This document shows, in pieces, positions 11,709-22,798 of a stretch of DNA of 46,427 nucleotides; position 1 is the first letter of the stretch; each line of letters starts with the position of its first letter. The stretch is taken from positions 43,187,652 through 43,234,078 of the forward strand of contig NC_068993.1 of assembly GCF_001194135.2 (NCBI RefSeq). Direction: 5' to 3'. The notes under the pieces are model-generated. The model was not told the origin of the DNA, made no database searches, and saw only the letters and a list, made by a program, of their open reading frames with translations. The DNA is from Octopus bimaculoides. Taxonomy: Eukaryota. Made by a program: the position numbers and the translations under genes.

Positions 11709-12020
11709 GGCAATCTGTCGGTAACGACGGTGAGTGTTACAGTTGATCCGATCAACGGAGCAGCCTGCCCCTGAAATTAACGTGCAAGTGGCTGAGCACT
11801 CCACAGACAAGCGTAGTTTTCCAGGAGATTCAGCGTTACCCAGGAGGTTCAGCGTGACACAAGAGATTCAGCGTGAGACAGAATGTGACGTGTCTTGGAC
11901 CTTTCGAACTACAGGTACTTCTAGATGAGTGGACTGGAGCAACATAAAATAAAATGCCTTGTTCGAGGACACAGTGTGCCGCCAGGAATCGAATTCACGA
12001 CCTTACAATAAGAGACGCGC
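11709..12020 (-). mobile_element. SINE family C with an internal ~19-bp triplication
   Basis: gagtggactggagcaac...ccttgttcgaggacac...caggaatcgaattcacgacc; triplicated ggagattcagcgtgac-type unit at 11821-11883. Confidence 0.8.
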
Positions 12021-12074
12021 CTTCACTGAATTATAGATACCATCCACCTGATGGGCTTCTATACAATTTCCGCC

Positions 12075-12208
12075 TAACTCAGTTTCACTCACAAGCTATG
12101 GTTCGATACAAGATTACAGAAAATAACATTTTCCCACAGTGTCGCGCAATTTGATCGAAATCGGAACCTCGCGATTACGAAGCAAACTTTTTAACCATTC
12201 GGCCATAC
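12075..12208 (-). mobile_element. SINE family B, degraded 5' part
   Basis: tttcactcacaagctatggttcg...cggaacctcgcgattacgaagcaaactttttaacc, reverse complement of the head seen at 35153. Confidence 0.6.
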
Positions 12209-12454
12209 TTCAGTCCAACTATGTCATATGAAAGAAGAAACCTGGCCGATTTTTAGAGACACTACTTTCCAAAATCAAGAGGGGGAATTTATGATTAATA
12301 AATTTAATAATTACTATGTTAATTATTATAAATTTCATAATTACGCAGCAAACTAATGATGTTGGATGAGAAACTTCATCGTGAAGACTTATTACTTCGG
12401 TGAAGCAGCATTAACCATGGATTTACTTCTAACCGACGAATCTGCATGCCGTTT

Positions 12455-12716
12455 AATGATGACGATGATAATGATGATGATCATGATGATGATGGTGGTG
12501 GTGGTGATGATGATGATGATAATGATGATGATAACGATGATAATGATGATGATGACGATGATGATGATGTTGATGATGAAGATGATGATGATGACGATGA
12601 TAATGATGATGATGACGATGATGATGTTGATGATGATGATGATGATGATGATGTTGATGATGAAGATGATGATGATGACGATGATAATGATGATGATGAC
12701 GATGATGATGTTGATG

Positions 12717-12790
<74 letters not shown>

Positions 12791-12900
12791 AGTGGTGACG
12801 ATAGTGGTGATGATAATAATGACGATAACGACAATGACGACGATGATGATGATGACGACGATGATGATGATGACGACGACGATGAATGATGGTAATGATG
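12455..12900. repeat. Imperfect (GAT)n array with an 84-bp higher-order duplication
   Basis: 12569-12652 repeated at 12653-12736 with the same GTT/GAA/GAC/AAT interruption pattern. Confidence 0.92.
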
Positions 12901-13489
12901 AAAAATAATCTCTCCTTAAAACGAGCCCGTCCGTAGGAAGACTTTAAAATCATACTAGTTTCAGATCGAGAGAGAGAGAAAAAAAAAACAGAAAGGCCTC
13001 CACCCAGAAATACCTTATTACTTTAATAACAATCACGAAGGAGCAATGTAACAACACTGACAGTAAAACTTATATCATAAAATCTGAAAATATTTACTCA
13101 AGCTGTGGGGAAGCTGCGTAATGGGAAGCTGCCGAGAAACGAGATAATAGTTTAACGCTTGTTACATTACGTTTACGTTCTAAGAAAGTTATTGACGTCT
13201 GTAAAAGTATTATGGAAAGACGTACTAACGTAACCAAAAGTGTATAGCATCGTTACTATCATCAGCATCACTGAAATTTCGTGTATATGACACAACACAG
13301 ACAAATCTTGTAACGAAATTATGACAGAAAATTATGACAGAAAATTATTGACCCACTGCTTACCTCTAGATATAATGTATAAGCTGTTCATGAGTTGTCG
13401 CAATCAATTTTTCCAAGACTCGTCGTGATACTAACAGAATAGACACTGACAAATTAAACAATACTGAGACTCGAGTGCCATATGTGATT

Positions 13490-14008
13490 GAGATTGATGA
13501 GTTCAACAAGATAGTCATAAGGTTAACAAGATACTGATGAGTCCAGCAGGATAGAGAGTCGTGGGCCAAACAGGATATACGTTCATGACTCTAGTATGAT
13601 AGAAACTGATGTGTTCAAGAAGAAAGAGACTCATGAGGCCAACAAGATATTAGTTTATGAGTCCAACATAATAGAGGTTCACAAGTCCAATAAGATATTG
13701 ATGAGTACACGATCGAGACTGATATGCCCGAGGACAAAAGAACTCATGAGTCCAACATCATAGAGATTCATAAGTCCAACAAGATACTGATGAATCCAGC
13801 ATCATAGAGATTCGTGAGCCCAACAGGATATATGCTCATGAGTCTAGCATGATAGAAACTGATACGTTCAAGAAGAAAGAGACTCACGAGACCAACAAGA
13901 TATTAGTTTATGAGTCCAACAAGATATTAGACTAATGAGTCCAACATGATAGAGAATGGTGTATCCAATAAGATAGGATACGAACTGATGAATCTACAAA
14001 ATAGAGGT
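13490..14008. repeat. Degenerate 24-bp minisatellite (consensus ~ACTCATGAGTCCAACAAGATAGAG) with a 253-bp higher-order repeat
   Basis: About 20 diverged units; block 13525-13668 recurs without indels at 13778-13921. Confidence 0.85.
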
Positions 14009-14840
14009 TGTTTATTTAGTAGAATGAAAGAAAGATGGAGGAACGTACCAAACTTTCAATAAATATAACAGCGGTGTCTCAAGTTAAAGGTAACTACAAA
14101 AATCTTTTAATGTGGCACTAAGGTTTGACTGCAGAAAGGTGTTGATGGTATTTCCCACTCGCCATTGCTGGAATTCCAGACTTTGACAAAAGTGCCTGCT
14201 CTCCTAGTCGCTGCCATTGAAAGGTTCATAAATACTTGGTTAATATTTCTCAAGCTTCTAACTGAAAACAAATCGCGATTGTCTATGATGTTATAAAATT
14301 TTCAAAAGAAATATTCCAAGGAGACAATTTGTCTGTGATTGAGTTTATTTTGGCATTAAATCTACTGTTATTTCTTTTACAAAAGTCCAGTGGTTATATA
14401 CTAGAAAACAGCTAGCGCTGCTAATAAAATCAATAATTTATTTGGCTCTGATCTAAAGATCTATGCTGAAAATACTTACAATACTGAAAAGTGGCTATAC
14501 TTAATAACAATATTTTTAAAGCTTATATAGTGATGAATTTTGGTCCCACAATAATTAAAATTTTAGGTGATAACTGACTGCAGCAAAATAGCTTTATAAA
14601 CTCAAATGATTTAGATCTGTAATTTTTTTTTTTTTTTAATGCAAATTCCCATGAGCATCACAGATAGTTAGGTAATGACGGGAATGTAACGCGTTAAGAT
14701 TCTGTGTACAAAGACAGGGTGACCAAAAGGAATTACATCAGACTTTAAAACTACAACAGTCAGGATTTTACCCTGAAAAAGGAAAAGTTCTGACTATGCA
14801 TTCATGGTACTAATACTGGCGCCAATATTTTAGATATAGG

Positions 14841-15047
14841 CAAGGCAATGAGCTGGCAGAACCATTAGCACACCGGGTGAAATGCTTAGTGGCATTTCGT
14901 CCGTCATTACGTTCTGAGTTCAAATTCCACTAGGATCGACTTTGCCTTTTGAGGTCGATAAAATAAGAACCAGTTGAGCACTGGGGTCGATTTAATTGAC
15001 TAAACCCCTCCCCTAAACCTGTTGACCTCGTGCCAAAATTTGAAACT
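14841..15047 (+). mobile_element. SINE family A, full length, with a 17-bp target site duplication
   Basis: TSD AATATTTTAGATATAGG (14824-14840) and AATATTTGAGATATAGG (15048-15064), one mismatch. Confidence 0.92.
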
Positions 15048-15064
15048 AATATTTGAGATATAGG

Positions 15065-15400
15065 ACTGGTCTGCAGAAGAACTTCGCTCCATAAATATTA
15101 TCATCGACAGTGAAGTTCCATGGAAAGAGAGATATTAACAGACTTCCTAGCAGAAAACCAGTGGGAGAATACTTGATTTGCTTGAGGCAGCCATTGAGAG
15201 TAATGTTTATTAGGGCATAGGCTGAGTGAGGAATGAGCAGCCATGATATTTTTCAGGTCTCCAAGGTGGGAGGAGGTGAGGTTTTGGGCTTTTTTTTTCT
15301 TTTTTTCATAACGGAAAGCTGACTCGAACACTCGTTTGGAGGCATCCATGGATCACGTGGGGTATGTTAAAACCAGATGAACAATTAAGTGTTTCACCCA
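15065..15400 (+). mobile_element. Possible very old Tc1-like transposase remnant
   Basis: Weak peptide similarity across stops: DWSAEELRSINIIIDSE and YFSGLQGG...FFHNGKL versus Tc1 (xW...FSDE; FSxRxxGGGSVMVWGAFSxNGK). Confidence 0.3.
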
Positions 15401-15424
15401 AACCAGAAACGTTCCCATCTGAAT

Positions 15425-15494
15425 AGCTTCCGCATAGTTTCCGACTGCTAAAGTTTGCTTACAGGGCTTTGGTCGACTTAATGTTATAGCAGAA
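15425..15494 (-). mobile_element. SINE family B fragment
   Basis: tagtttccgactgctaaagtttgcttacagggctttggtcgac...ttatagcagaa resembles the family B head in reverse. Confidence 0.5.
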
Positions 15495-15501
15495 TGTGTG
15501 T

Positions 15502-15554
<53 letters not shown>

Positions 15555-15666
15555 CGCGTGCGTGCGTGCGCGTGCGTGCGTGCGCGTGCGTGCGTGCGTG
15601 CGTGCGCACATGCGTGTGTATTTATGTATGTGTGTGTATATATATATATATCTATGTGCAAATATA

Positions 15667-15709
<43 letters not shown>

Positions 15710-15745
15710 ATGTGTGTGCGTGTGTGTGTGTGTGCATGTGTGTGT
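15495..15745. repeat. Compound (TG)n-(CGTG)n-(TA)n-(TG)n microsatellite
   Basis: Direct reading. Confidence 0.95.
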
Positions 15746-16024
15746 TATTGTGTCTGTAGAAGACTGTCCTAGAGCAATTATGAATAAAATATTTCTAAAG
15801 TACATACATTACAACACAAGGTATATTCACGGAACATTACCAGGAAACGCTCTATCAAAAGGTTACATAACTAGCGTAATATAATTAATGGGACACAAAA
15901 TATAAGTACTATTATAAGCGTTCAGCTTCCTGGTGGATGGGATGTAAATATTTCTTTCAAAATCGATATGAAATTGGATACTTAAGATCACTGCTGATTT
16001 AGCAACAAACCCAGATATTTTGTT

Positions 16025-16206
16025 TGGTGAGGGTTAGTGGATACCATAACCATAGTACTAAACCAATACATAATTCTATTGACTCAGGGTGCATGGAAAG
16101 CAAAGGTCACCTCGGTGATATTTGACCTTGATATCTAAAGAGCAACAACATATAGAGGAAGGTATTTTTCCCGACGCTCTAAAGGTTGTACCTCCGCGCC
16201 ACCTTA
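16025..16206 (-). mobile_element. SINE family A, highly diverged
   Basis: ggaaagcaaaggtcacctcggtgatatttgacct...ctaaaggttgtacctccgcgccacctta follows the family A layout. Confidence 0.5.
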
Positions 16207-16532
16207 AGAGAAAAATTGTATAATTATGGAGAACAGTATCAAAACCCAGATTATAAATTTACCGTTGTACCCCGTTACCCACCCATAATCATAGGTGCAC
16301 ATTGTTACTTTACTAAGCGTCTAAGTAGAAATCTGGGAAATTTGCAGGGTTTAAGCCAAGAAAATGGGCAGCTTATAAACACATTACAAATTCAATTTGC
16401 ATTCGGAACGTTTGTCCATTGTAGAAAGATATATACAATGGTTGTTTAAATAAATCCTTATAAATATTACATTATATAATTATACATACACACATACAGA
16501 CACACACACAAGCACACATATGTATGTATATG

Positions 16533-16581
<49 letters not shown>

Positions 16582-17004
16582 NNNNNNNNNNNNNNNNNNN
16601 NNNNNNNNNNNNNNNNNNNNNNNNNNNNNNNNNNNNNNNNNNNNNNNNNNNNNNNNNNNNNNNNNNNNNNNNNNNNNNNNNNNNNNNNNNNNNNNNNNNN
16701 NNNNNNNNNNNNNNNNNNNNNNNNNNNNNNNNNNNNNNNNNNNNNNNNNNNNNNNNNNNNNNNNNNNNNNNNNNNNNNNNNNNNNNNNNNNNNNNNNNNN
16801 NNNNNNNNNNNNNNNNNNNNNNNNNNNNNNNNNNNNNNNNNNNNNNNNNNNNNNNNNNNNNNNNNNNNNNNNNNNNNNNNNNNNNNNNNNNNNNNNNNNN
16901 NNNNNNNNNNNNNNNNNNNNNNNNNNNNNNNNNNNNNNNNNNNNNNNNNNNNNNNNNNNNNNNNNNNNNNNNNNNNNNNNNNNNNNNNNNNNNNNNNNNN
17001 NNNN

Positions 17005-17053
<49 letters not shown>

Positions 17054-17341
17054 TACACATATATATATATATGCAATTTGGCAAGCCATAATTCGACACC
17101 TCGGTTTTCTATGATAGTTTCACTACCGTTTTTCTGCTATTAAATAAGTATCGTCTGCTCAACCACATCTATCACGACCGCGCTTTCATTTTATTATTTT
17201 TAATTTTTCTCTTACTTTTATGTATTTATTTTACTTGTTGCCGTTGCTGTTCTTGTTGTTGTTTTCCTTTTTCTTAATTGATCGTCTACGTTGCTTTTCT
17301 TCTTTTTTCTTTGTTTTCTTTTTTTTATTCCAAAACTAAAG

Positions 17342-17384
17342 AGCTGTTCAAACGGACGCCATGAATTACATCAGAACTACAAAA
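17342..17384 (+). other. Candidate 43-bp exon (ATG, MNYIRTTK, strong donor)
   Basis: Long polypyrimidine tract 17290-17330, AAG acceptor, GCC-ATG at 17361, AAA|GTAAGT at 17385; no supporting homology. Confidence 0.25.
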
Positions 17385-17519
17385 GTAAGTTTATTAATTT
17401 TGCAGTTATTCGTCATAACCGTTAATATTGTTATCTTTTGATATTAAATTTGTATGTGTTTAGAAGACAACCAATCTATAACTTATTTCTTGTTTCATTG
17501 AAATGTCATGACTTTCTTT

Positions 17520-17542
17520 CTCACGCACAACCTTTCTCTCTC

Positions 17543-17593
<51 letters not shown>

Positions 17594-17625
17594 NNNNNNN
17601 NNNCCCACACTCTCTCTCTCCCTTC

Positions 17626-17666
<41 letters not shown>

Positions 17667-17936
17667 TGTCTGTCTGTCTGTCGGTCTGTCTATCTACCTA
17701 CTAATCTTTCTTTCTATCTTTCTATTTGTATGTATCTCTATATCTATCAATCTTTATCGTTCTGTCTATCTATTTGTCTCATGTTTCTTTCTCTTCTTTT
17801 CTCAAAACTGAACAATCATAATCTCTCTTTTTATAATTTCTTCTTTATATTTCCCATTCTCTCTCTTCCCCTTTTCGCTCTCCACCCTCTCTCTCTTTTC
17901 CTCTTCTCTCTCTTCCCCCCCCTCTCNNNNNNNNNN

Positions 17937-17969
<33 letters not shown>

Positions 17970-17975
17970 CCTTCT
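17520..17975. repeat. (CT)n/(CTAT)n/(TG)n low-complexity region
   Basis: Direct reading. Confidence 0.9.
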
Positions 17976-18584
17976 CTCTCTCACCATTTTTCACGGTTCC
18001 ATCGAAAATTCTATCGTATAATAAATGTTACGTGTAAATATAGTTAGTGCCGTAAAAGAAACAGTACGCTTCCGGCGATCGCAGATTGTGTTTTCCCTTC
18101 CTGCTTAACGCAATTTCAATTCGACTACGTTTTCCGATGCTTTCAAGGGACACATTTATTTTAGAATATCTCGTTCCCTCGTCTTGTAAATGTGTGAAGA
18201 AGTGCCTAAGCTGGAAATTTAAAAAAGAGTTTCTAAGAAACCCAAAGGATATGCCACTCAGGTTATAAGCAAGATAACACTATATATGTAGCGATTCAAC
18301 AGACATACAACATCCAATTTTCCTTCCTTGCTGAGTTATAAATGCAATCAGAAAATGTCAGCCGATGCTGTAAGCTTGAAAAAGAAATGTTGACCTTACA
18401 TAAGGAATAAAACAGTGTAAGTGCTAGAATATTATAGAGTATTCAACTCTGAAGCCAAACTTACAATATGCGCCCCCTTATTCTAGCGCTACAATGCACG
18501 CTCTTGCTCAAATTTTTCCCTACAACTTCCAGTTATTACCCTTTTATACACCAGCTGAAAAATGCACCTCCAAAAGTATATCCA

Positions 18585-19030
18585 TCCTTTCATCCATCCA
18601 TCTTATCCGCCCACTATTCGTAGAAGAGTCGCGGGAGTAGAATTCTCGGGTACCTTTTCCTTAGAGTCCAATCAGAAGCAGGCATCATTACTCTTTCCAG
18701 ATGGATTCCCAAGCGTAAGAGACAGAGATTATAGTTATTATCCAAACATCTTGGTCTTGGTCTTGGTCTTGGTCTACTCGTAGATCTGATGCGGGTTGGC
18801 TCGGCTTGAAGAATCCGACTTCGGATTCTTTCCTACAATATCTTAATCACATGAATGTAATACCAGAGATGAGACCCCTCAATGCAGCAAAGTAACGGCT
18901 CGACTTGGAGAGACTCCCTGATGTCCAAGCTATGCACCCTGTCGAGTAACGTTACTCCAGAGATCTTTCGGAGGAACCTCAATTCGGCCACTTGTATTCG
19001 CCATTTTACTCTTTCACTCATTATAGTTTT
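18585..19030 (-). mobile_element. RTE-clade LINE 3' fragment (Expander/Rex3-like)
   Basis: MSERVKWRIQVAELRFLRKISGVTLLDRVHSLDIRESLQVEPLLCCIEGSHLW...QAEPTR...RPRPRCLD matches the pattern IQAAEMRFLRRVAGxxLRDRVRSSxIREELxVEPLLLRIERSQLRW; degenerate (GGAT)n tail at 18585-18602. Confidence 0.8.
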
Positions 19031-19347
19031 ACGATTGTGTGTGGTTGTAGACTTAACCCGTCGCTCGGTTTAACAGTCAACCTACCATCTGGTACTTTAG
19101 ATGCCTTTAGCAGAGTTCATTCTGATATTAGCACTCGGGACATGTTCCCAATTTGATGATACTTACTCCCTTTCTTCCTTCCCACAAGTCTCAGAAATGC
19201 TGTCACGGGTCACGAACGCTGCCTTCCCTCCTAACAAAAAGACCGAATAAAATATGTATCACCGAGTAAATCTGTTAACTGACAAAATATGAAGTTTTAC
19301 GCCAAATCATGTGACTAGTCACAATACTACACAATCCTCTTGCTTAC

Positions 19348-19532
19348 CTCACCCTTGTCCTTTATTCTTCTTTGTTCTGAGAGTAACCTCAGCTGTTCTC
19401 GTTATTGAAAAGTTTTCATGTCTTTATTGGATTAAGAAATTTTGTCTCAGTTCTCCGGTGTTTTGCGTACGCCTCCAGATTTTAGCGACACCCAAAGCAA
19501 TCATCTAGGTTGGCCAGAACTTATCGATAGCC
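19348..19532 (-). other. Candidate 185-bp non-coding exon
   Basis: Acceptor ...ttgtaatttatgtacAG|G and strong donor GAG|GTAAGC; all three frames contain stops. Confidence 0.2.
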
Positions 19533-20378
19533 CTGTACATAAATTACAATGCAACAAACAGATTTATTAATTCTCAATGAAATTAAAATTATTTCTAAAT
19601 AATTTCTTAATTACGAAAGTATTTAATTAAAACGTGAAATTAGTTGGTGAACAAAAACCGAAGTTGAGCGAGTGCACGTTTTAAGACAGAAAAACTGGAC
19701 AATAATGATTTGGGAATTAATGCATGTTCCTAACTAAGGGTCGTTATATCAAAGTATCGTGACCTCTTGTTGAATTGTAAAATAACATAATTGTAGTTAA
19801 GTAATTAAAAATAAAAGGCGAAAATTTATATGAAATGAATTCAACTGTGTGATTTTTAACAACGGAATTGATCCTAGTTGTTGCTACGGACATTGTTAAA
19901 ACGGCAAATTAATATGGAATAATTTATTAAGCCTTATTAATAGATTCGAATCTAGCAATTTTATTATATTTTTGTATCTTACAGCCGAGAATGAATATAT
20001 AAATAAATAAATAGATAAATAAATAAAATAACTAACGATGTTATCGTTTTTAATGAACTAGATGAAGTCTGTAATAAGGAGAGTAAATGAGAACACAATT
20101 GATAAACACGGTAATTAACTACTCGTTAGTGGAAATTAAGCAAAACAAAAGATACTGCAAAAGAAGAAGGTTCCAGCGATTGATTTTTATGAAACTATGA
20201 ACAGAATAGATGTTTTCATTATAATTTCTACATAGAGGAAAATCCTCGAGTTATCTCTTTATTGAATTTCGATACAGTTTCTGATTGTTGCAAATCTGCT
20301 GATCAGCTTCGTTGAATCTATTGTATGGGAAATTCCAAGTTTTTAAAGCTTCCTCCTCCTCTATCTTTCTTTCTCTCT

Positions 20379-20382
<4 letters not shown>

Positions 20383-20452
<70 letters not shown>
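20383..20452. repeat. (CT)n microsatellite
   Basis: Direct reading. Confidence 0.95.
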
Positions 20453-20457
<5 letters not shown>

Positions 20458-20892
20458 TCTTTGTCACTCTCTCCCTTTCAATTTTTCTCTCGCTCTCTCG
20501 TCTGTAATCTATAAAGGAGATTTTTATCTGAAGTTGTATACTTCCTCTGTTAATTTTCGATAAATATTTTAAATGAAATTAAACTCGTTTACTCATAGAT
20601 GCAAAAAGCTTTGAATTTACCAAACGAAGTATATCTGAAAAGTGTTTAGTTTTCATTCGTTATCGTCTCTTTCTTCCGCTCTCCATCTTTCCCTCTCTTC
20701 CGATCTCTCTCTTTCTCTCTCTCTCACACACACTCTCTCTCTCTCGCTTTCTCTCTCACTCACTTTGTCTCTTTCTCTCTTTCTGTCTCAATCTCTGTCT
20801 CTCCTTTTTATTTCTTCTCTCTTTCTACAACTAGCCTCATAAACAGAATTGCATAAGAGAAAATGGAGAGGAAAAGAAAGACAACAAAAATT

Positions 20893-20956
<64 letters not shown>

Positions 20957-21008
20957 CGGTGGTGGTGGTAGTGGTGGTGGTAGTTGTAGTAGTAATAGTA
21001 GTAGTAGT
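20893..21008. repeat. (GTA)n/(GTG)n microsatellite
   Basis: Direct reading. Confidence 0.95.
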
Positions 21009-21166
21009 TAAGTTGCGTATAAGAGTATAAGGTGGTAGAGAAGGAGGGAGAAGTACGTGACATGGCGGTGTGTTTATATATGTAACAAATATAACTGCCG
21101 ATACATATATATATATATATGTATATATATACATATATATATATATATAATTTGATATAATATATA

Positions 21167-21207
<41 letters not shown>

Positions 21208-21394
21208 AGGTATGTATATATGTATAAATGCATGTATATATGTATATATATTTGTTTATATTTGTACGTACGTATAAACACATGCGCACACACAATATAT
21301 ACATCACGTCTCATTTACGTGAGCATGTTCAGTAAGATTCAGTTATGTCTAATATAGCTTCTCTTTTATTAAATATACAGCCAAGAGTGTGTAA

Positions 21395-21413
21395 GCACAC
21401 ACACACAGACACA

Positions 21414-21480
<67 letters not shown>
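21395..21480. repeat. (CA)n microsatellite
   Basis: Direct reading. Confidence 0.95.
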
Positions 21481-21482
<2 letters not shown>

Positions 21483-21889
21483 ATACATGCTCACATTGTA
21501 AGTAAAGCGTCAGCACAGCTTGATTATGAATATATATGTATATATATGCAAACGGATATCATATACAATATGTTTAATACATTAATAATAAATCTCACCA
21601 TGAACCCGTCGTAGAGTCAACAACTATGTAGTCACAGGGCACGGGTAAGGGGAGCACGCAGCATATTAGAGATGATGAATAAACGTGTTGTATGGTCGCT
21701 TGTCTAGGAAAGGCAAAATTCTGAATTCAAGCCTCTGCCGTGTTGAGTCCTTATAAATGGAAAGGATTGGGAGACGGAATACTCCGAGTTTCGTATAGCC
21801 AGGTCGTCTCATATTCTTTGAGCTATTAGAGACTCTTTGCTTTTCTCAAAAATTTGGTTGTACTCAATACAAGCTCGGTTCGCAGTCCT

Positions 21890-22312
21890 TTACCTTTTAT
21901 GTTTTTTATCACTTTTTGATAAACTTTTTGATTGCAGCCATGGTGAGACACCACCTTGATGTGTTTATTCGAATATATTGACTCTATTACTTATCTTTTT
22001 TAAAGTCTGGTACTTATTTTATCGGGTTTTTACCAAACCGCTAAATTCTGCAGATGTAAACAAACCAACACCTTTTTTCAAGGGACATTTGCAGGCAAAT
22101 ACAAACTACACACACACTCACACACACGTACACATACATACATAAATACATACAGACATACATTCGACGGAGTTCAACACAATTTTCCTCTACCATATCA
22201 TCTCACAAGACTTTGGTCAACTTGGGATTATAGTTGAAAACATTTGCTGAAGGTGCTGCACAGTGTAATTGAACCCGAAACCACATGGCTGCAAGTCTAG
22301 CTTCTCGACCTA
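21890..22312 (-). mobile_element. SINE family B, near full length with internal (CA)/(TACA) tract
   Basis: gcagccatggtgagacaccacc...ggtacttattttatcgg...ctcacaagactttggtc...aaggtgctgcacagtg...gaacccgaaaccacatgg; colinear with 43363-43595 and 35153-35312. Confidence 0.8.
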
Positions 22313-22559
22313 GCCTTGTCTGCACCTATAAACAAATATATCTTCAGATACCTTTTGGCATTGTATCATCTTCATTAGACTTTCTGTCTTTTCACTTAGG
22401 ATGTGAATTTTCATATTTCCTTTCATCTTCATAACAATATAGATATTGCCTGTACCGAAATCTAGAGAAATGGAGCGAACTTTGAGGCACAAAACCGAAA
22501 CGAAAATCAGAAAATTACTTGAAAACCATGTATGGAATTATTACATCATCATCATCATC

Positions 22560-22798
22560 TGTCTCCTCGATATTACTGCCTTGGGTTCTGTAGCTCAGGG
22601 CAGATTCCTGGTTTCCATGTCGTATAATTCACGGGACACCCGTCCGTCGCAGGGTTACTCATTTACAGTCAAGTGGACTGTGGTAACGTGAAATTAAATG
22701 TTTTGCCCGAGCACACAACTCACCACCCGGTCCAGAAATCGAAACCCCAATTTTACGATCGTGAATGAAATACGCTAAAAGTTAGGCCACGCGCCTTT
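22560..22798 (-). mobile_element. SINE family C variant
   Basis: actcatttacagtcaagtggactg...aacgtgaaattaaatgttttgcccgagcacacaac...cggtccagaaatcgaaacc...ttaggccacgcgcc. Confidence 0.75.

Noticed and set aside
4540-12900. (CAT)n at 4540-5505 and (GAT)n at 12455-12900 as terminal inverted repeats of a large element
   Set aside because: Simple repeats only, with no shared interruption pattern, and such arrays are common in this sequence
12366-12953. Asp-rich ORF resembling an acidic biomineralisation protein
   Set aside because: It is a (GAT)n microsatellite with no signal peptide; equivalent ORFs exist in the other frames and strand
13490-14008. Minisatellite as a hammerhead array (CTGATGAGTCC...GGAT) or as a CRISPR array
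   Set aside because: Several units contain CTGATGA, but none has GAAA with valid stems I and III. There are no unique spacers or cas genes, and the context is eukaryotic.
14687-14785. Minus-strand acceptor followed by GKILTVVVLKSDVIPFGHPVFVHRILTRYIPVIT*
   Set aside because: Good polypyrimidine tract but no convincing donor and no recognisable homology
21690-21810. Possible RTE 5' UTR fragment
   Set aside because: Resemblance is from memory only; no second copy in the window and too degraded to support
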